64,000 nt of DNA from Blastocatellia bacterium (GTDB lineage Bacteria > Acidobacteriota > Blastocatellia > UBA7656): positions 64,001 through 128,000 of the forward strand of contig CAVXWP010000017.1 of the NCBI GenBank assembly GCA_963765495.1. The letters are read 5' to 3'. Positions 60,382-64,000 of the stretch are shown piece after piece (position 1 is the first letter of the stretch; every line of letters begins with the position of its first letter). The notes below the pieces were generated by a model that saw nothing but the letters and a program-made list of their open reading frames with translations, made no database searches and was not told the origin of the DNA. The translations under genes were made by a program, and so were the position numbers.

Positions 60382-61770
60382 ATGAGACTCAGGAAGCAAA
60401 AACTCGTACCGTTTTTTGCATTGATGTTTGCGGCATTGCTGGCACTTCCCAGCGTGTTCAATTTCAATCCAAGCGCGGCGGCGGCGTTCACTCTAGATCA
60501 AACCCGAAATGATGTCAAAGCGAAGCCCAAGACGCGGCACGGCGGGCCGCACATTCCCAATGGCACAGCCCCGTCAAACGATGATTGCGCAAACGCCAAA
60601 GTGGTGACATCGGCCAACTGTCCGTACACCGACACTGTAGACACGTCGGAAGCAGGCGACGAGGCAGGCGAGCCGCAAAGCACCTGCACGCTTCAGGCAA
60701 ACAGTGTATGGTACAGCTTTACCTCGCCAACCCACCCGGCTACTGTATCGGTTGCGACCTGCTCCAGTTCGCCTCTTGACACAGCCCTGATGGTCTGGGA
60801 GCCCGAAGGTGGGCCGTGCGATTTCGCTAACTTTACGCCTGTCGCCTGTAACGATGATGCTTGCGGCGACGGACTTCAGTCTCAACTGTCGTTTACTGCC
60901 GAAGCGGGCGTAACCTATAAGATTCAGGCCGGCGGATTCGACGGAGATACCGGCAATCTGACAATAGACATTGATTGCGCGGAGCTACTCTGCGACCCTA
61001 TTTCCGTTAGCGGCACACTCGGCAGCGGCAGCCCTGACTGGCCAAGCACAAGCGGATTGCAGACTCCCAATCGTATATTCCGCGACGGCGTACCAAGCAG
61101 CTGCGCCGCTCCAAAGGCATGCCCCGGCACCTTCGGCTCAGGCTCGTTCAATTACGATGCCTATACCTTCACCAACGAAAGCAGCGACCCGCAGTGCGTC
61201 ACTGTAAATTATGATCCGAACTCGGGCGGCAACCCCGGTAGCGTTAACTTACATGCGGTTGTTTATCTCGGCAGCTACACCGAAACGGTCTGCCCGAACT
61301 ATCTGGCCGACTCAGGCTCAAGCGACACCCTGGCCTTCTCGTTCACCGTTCCGGGAGGAACCGATTTCGTAGTAGTCATAGTCGCAAACAACCCCGGTAC
61401 CGGCGTGGGCCAGACCTATAGCTTCACCATCGTAGGCAATATCTGCCGGGGATTCGATTACTGCATACAGGGCAACAACGCGTTGCGATTCATTCAGTTC
61501 AATTCCGAGACGGGCGCTTACCTGTATACCGATTGCTCGAAGGGTCTGACCCTCGAAGGAACCGGCACCATCACGGTGAGCTTCTGCAAACTCACGCTGA
61601 CCGATTCAGGACCGGTTCCGAAGTCCAAGGACCGCACCGTAAATGTCCAGGTAAATACCTGTACTCGAACGGCGACGGCCCAGGTCGTACGTGCTAAATC
61701 GGGGATAAATGCAAGCTTCTCAGACAGCAACATTGACAATAACAACTGCACGTGCCCCGGACCGCAATAA
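60382..61770 (+). CDS. secreted Cys-rich protein (PxNDDC/PPC-like domains) with the shared C-terminal domain
   Basis: AAGGAGG RBS, signal peptide, 'APSNDDCANA..SVWYSFT..DT.L.V..CNDD', second beta domain, then the shared C-terminal domain. Confidence 0.88.
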   Translation: MRLRKQKLVPFFALMFAALLALPSVFNFNPSAAAAFTLDQTRNDVKAKPKTRHGGPHIPNGTAPSNDDCANAKVVTSANCPYTDTVDTSEAGDEAGEPQSTCTLQANSVWYSFTSPTHPATVSVATCSSSPLDTALMVWEPEGGPCDFANFTPVACNDDACGDGLQSQLSFTAEAGVTYKIQAGGFDGDTGNLTIDIDCAELLCDPISVSGTLGSGSPDWPSTSGLQTPNRIFRDGVPSSCAAPKACPGTFGSGSFNYDAYTFTNESSDPQCVTVNYDPNSGGNPGSVNLHAVVYLGSYTETVCPNYLADSGSSDTLAFSFTVPGGTDFVVVIVANNPGTGVGQTYSFTIVGNICRGFDYCIQGNNALRFIQFNSETGAYLYTDCSKGLTLEGTGTITVSFCKLTLTDSGPVPKSKDRTVNVQVNTCTRTATAQVVRAKSGINASFSDSNIDNNNCTCPGPQ

Positions 61771-61820
61771 CAGATTGGGCGAAACGAGATAAGCTTTCTC
61801 GTTATCCGCAATCGCTGATT

Positions 61821-61866
61821 AAAAGGGACAATAACCGGCTTAAGAGTCGGTTATTGTCCCTTTTTT
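61821..61866. terminator. bidirectional intrinsic terminator
   Basis: aaaagggacaataaccggct..agtcggttattgtccctttttt between convergent genes. Confidence 0.88.
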
Positions 61867-61960
61867 GATACGTGATACGTGAATCGTGATGCGTGATTTA
61901 CCCGGTTTGCAAATTGTCGTTTATAGGTGATCTGGTTGATAGTCACGCATCACTAATCAC
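61866..61960. repeat. (CGTGATN)n-46nt-(TCACGNA)n palindromic element
   Basis: 46-nt core 61897-61942; right arm overlaps the stop of the methyltransferase gene. Confidence 0.9.
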
Positions 61961-63117
61961 ATCTGCAAGACTATGCATTTCAGATAATAGGTTTCGGGCA
62001 TCGAGATCAGCACAGGATGGTCGCGCGACTGGGTACGCTTTTCGAGGATGCGCGCCGAGCGGTTAGCATCAGCCGAGGCGTCGGCCAACACATTCAGAAA
62101 ACGCTCTTCGCTCATGTGGTAAGAACAGGTGGAGGTAAAGAGCGTGCCGCCGGGGTTGAGCATCTTCATCGCCCGCAGATTTATCTCTTTGTATCCGCGC
62201 ATTGCCGATTCGATTGATGTCCGATTCTTGGCAAAGGCGGGCGGGTCAAGGTTGATAAGATCGAAACGCTCGCCCCGTTGTTCGGCTTCGCTCAGAAAAT
62301 CGAAAGCATTGGCCTCGATAAACTCTATGTTGTCGGCGGAATTCAACTCCGCGTTTCGCCGCGCCCGGTCGAGCGCCGATTTCGAAACATCGACGGCGAC
62401 GACGCTTGCGGCCCGGCGCGCAATGTGGAGCGCAAATCCACCCTCAAATGTAAAACAATCAAGCGCGCGCCCTCGCCCGTAGTTTGCTGCGGCCAGCCGG
62501 TTTTCGCGCTGATCCAGAAAGGAACCTGTCTTCTGCCCTTCAAGGAGATTAACCGCCGTCTTCACTCCCCCCTCTTCGATCACAATCTCGCCGGGGTCAG
62601 CGCCGTATACCAGCCCCGATGTCCGAGGCAATCCCTCAAGGTCACGCACCCGCGCCTCGTTTCGCTCTATGATTGCGCGAGGGCTGTACCGCTCCGCTAT
62701 CATCTCTATCCACATCGACTTTAGCCCGTCCATGCCCTGTGAAAGAGTCTGGATCACAAAGCAATCGTTGTAGCGATCCAGGATGAGCGAAGGCAAAAGG
62801 TCGCTCTCGCCGTTTACCAGCCGGTATGCGCTCGTATCACTCACAACCTGTTGTCTCAGCCTTTCGGCTGCCTCAAGCCGCGACGACCAGAAATCCTTAT
62901 CCGTTTCCCGGTCGTCGAAAGTGACGAAACGCAAAGCTATTTGCGATCTTGCGCTGTAGAGAGCGCGGCCCAATATCTTCCCGCCTTCATCCGTCACACG
63001 AACCGTCTCACCAGAGGGAACGTTACCCGCTCCAACAAGGTCGCTGCGATAGACCCAGCAGTGACGGGCGCGCACCCGCCTTGCTCCATGCTTGTTAATC
63101 CTGATTGTTGTAGCCAT
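61957..63117 (-). CDS. RlmI/RlmK-like rRNA methyltransferase (PUA + SAM domains)
   Basis: HCWVY, GESDLLP, GQKTG.FLDQRENR, LDCF..GGF, LDPPAF, TCS, PETYYLK; start set at ATG 63117. Confidence 0.9.
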   Translation of the reverse strand: MATTIRINKHGARRVRARHCWVYRSDLVGAGNVPSGETVRVTDEGGKILGRALYSARSQIALRFVTFDDRETDKDFWSSRLEAAERLRQQVVSDTSAYRLVNGESDLLPSLILDRYNDCFVIQTLSQGMDGLKSMWIEMIAERYSPRAIIERNEARVRDLEGLPRTSGLVYGADPGEIVIEEGGVKTAVNLLEGQKTGSFLDQRENRLAAANYGRGRALDCFTFEGGFALHIARRAASVVAVDVSKSALDRARRNAELNSADNIEFIEANAFDFLSEAEQRGERFDLINLDPPAFAKNRTSIESAMRGYKEINLRAMKMLNPGGTLFTSTCSYHMSEERFLNVLADASADANRSARILEKRTQSRDHPVLISMPETYYLKCIVLQM

Positions 63118-63186
63118 TATGCTGGCATGATAGCCTTTATTCGCGTCAATGATAAATCCGAGCCGGGCGAGATTGCATCCGACAAC

Positions 63187-63840
63187 ATGAATGGTCAACC
63201 AACAGATCATCTGACGGGACATAAAGACACCCGCGAGACTTTGAGCGTCTTCATCGGGCTGGGGTCTAACCTCGGAGACCGCGAGGCCAATCTCCGCGAG
63301 GCAAGGGCGAGGATCGAAAAGATTGGCCTGGATATTATCCGCGCATCATCCGTCTATGAAACGGAGCCTGTCGGCTACAAAAATCAGGAGTGGTTTCTCA
63401 ATCAGGTGATTGAATGCCGCATCAAACCCGGCGCGGATACATCCCGTGATAAAGTGATTTCCGAGGTTGATTCAGACACAGATTTTCGCATCTCAGCCCT
63501 CGGGCTGCTCAACCGCCTGCTCGGTATCGAAGATGAGATGGGACGCAGGCGGCTGATACCCGGCGGCCCGCGCGTAGTCGATATTGATCTGTTGCTTTAC
63601 GGCGACAAACAGGTGGAGATCATTCGGGGAACCGCCCCGATAGGCTTGAGAAACGCGGCAGACAGAGCGGCGAGCCTCATCATCCCGCATCCCCGCATGC
63701 ACAGTCGTCGCTTCGTGCTTGAGCCGTTGTGCGAGATTGCGCCACGTTTCCTGCATCCGACTTCGGGCAAGACCTGCTGCGAACTGCTCGCCGCGCTTGA
63801 TGATCCGTCAATCGTTCGCCTGTACGGATCAGGCGGTTAG
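63187..63840 (+). CDS. folK: 2-amino-4-hydroxy-6-hydroxymethyldihydropteridine diphosphokinase
   Basis: IGLGSNLGDR, SSVYETEP, FLNQV, GPRVVDIDLL, IPHPRMHSRRFVL. Confidence 0.93.
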   Translation: MNGQPTDHLTGHKDTRETLSVFIGLGSNLGDREANLREARARIEKIGLDIIRASSVYETEPVGYKNQEWFLNQVIECRIKPGADTSRDKVISEVDSDTDFRISALGLLNRLLGIEDEMGRRRLIPGGPRVVDIDLLLYGDKQVEIIRGTAPIGLRNAADRAASLIIPHPRMHSRRFVLEPLCEIAPRFLHPTSGKTCCELLAALDDPSIVRLYGSGG

Positions 63841-64000
63841 CATCTTTGTCATCTCTTGCCCGTTCACCGTGGACGTGAGCGTGAGGCTTGAATTGCGGAA
63901 TGGCTTTCCATCCGAATCCCGCGCAACAAGGCTGTCAAACAGTGCGAAGACGGTGTTTTCGCCCGCATCGAAATTGTCGTAGAGCTTCAAAGCATTGCCG
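63829..64000 (-). CDS. 3' end of an unidentified CDS entering from the right edge
   Basis: Open frame GNALKLYDNFD...QEMTKMLTA* on the - strand, convergent with folK. Confidence 0.45.
   Translation of the reverse strand, partial: GNALKLYDNFDAGENTVFALFDSLVARDSDGKPFRNSSLTLTSTVNGQEMTKMLTA

Noticed and set aside
62851-63222. Apparent overlap of folK and the methyltransferase ORFs
   Set aside because: An artefact of longest-ORF starts; likely starts at 63187 (+) and 63117 (-) do not overlap.

Overview
A 64-kb stretch of a GC-rich bacterial chromosome. It is most likely Acidobacteriota, probably Blastocatellia-like; this is inferred from the acidobacterial VWA protein, the TonB-ExbB-ExbD-ExbD-TPR operon, the zinc-ribbon Ser/Thr kinase and the futalosine-pathway mqnD. 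Most of it is housekeeping: ychF, gpmI, rsgA, eno, mqnD, tgt-yajC-secD-secF, tonB/exbBD, relA/spoT, ridA, rpmB, SurA-like PPIase, ABC-F, acyl-CoA carboxylase beta, RlmI-like methyltransferase and folK. I recognised no rRNA, tRNA, CRISPR array, integrase or transposase. Five things stand out. (1) Three otherwise different secreted proteins (26027-30265, 30830-34057, 60382-61770) end in the same ~105-aa Cys-containing C-terminal domain. It behaves like an unnamed sorting, anchoring or assembly domain, and each gene has a sigma70-like promoter 290-530 nt upstream of its start codon. (2) Next to two of them is a CRTAC1/ASPIC-UnbV + TPR + signal-peptide 'tail-fibre/S74-chaperone' triad whose chaperone appears to lack its catalytic Lys. 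(3) Palindromic mini-elements built from 7-nt or 9-nt tandem units are dense. The (CGTGATN)n family has an exactly 46-nt core in five of seven copies and repeatedly sits on stop codons; one element of another family is read in frame within a HAD gene. (4) SecF carries a duplicated ComEA/HhH-like periplasmic insertion. (5) A decayed islet lies at ~49.9-53.2 kb. All calls are from manual reading of the sequence and ORF track; no database searches were run.
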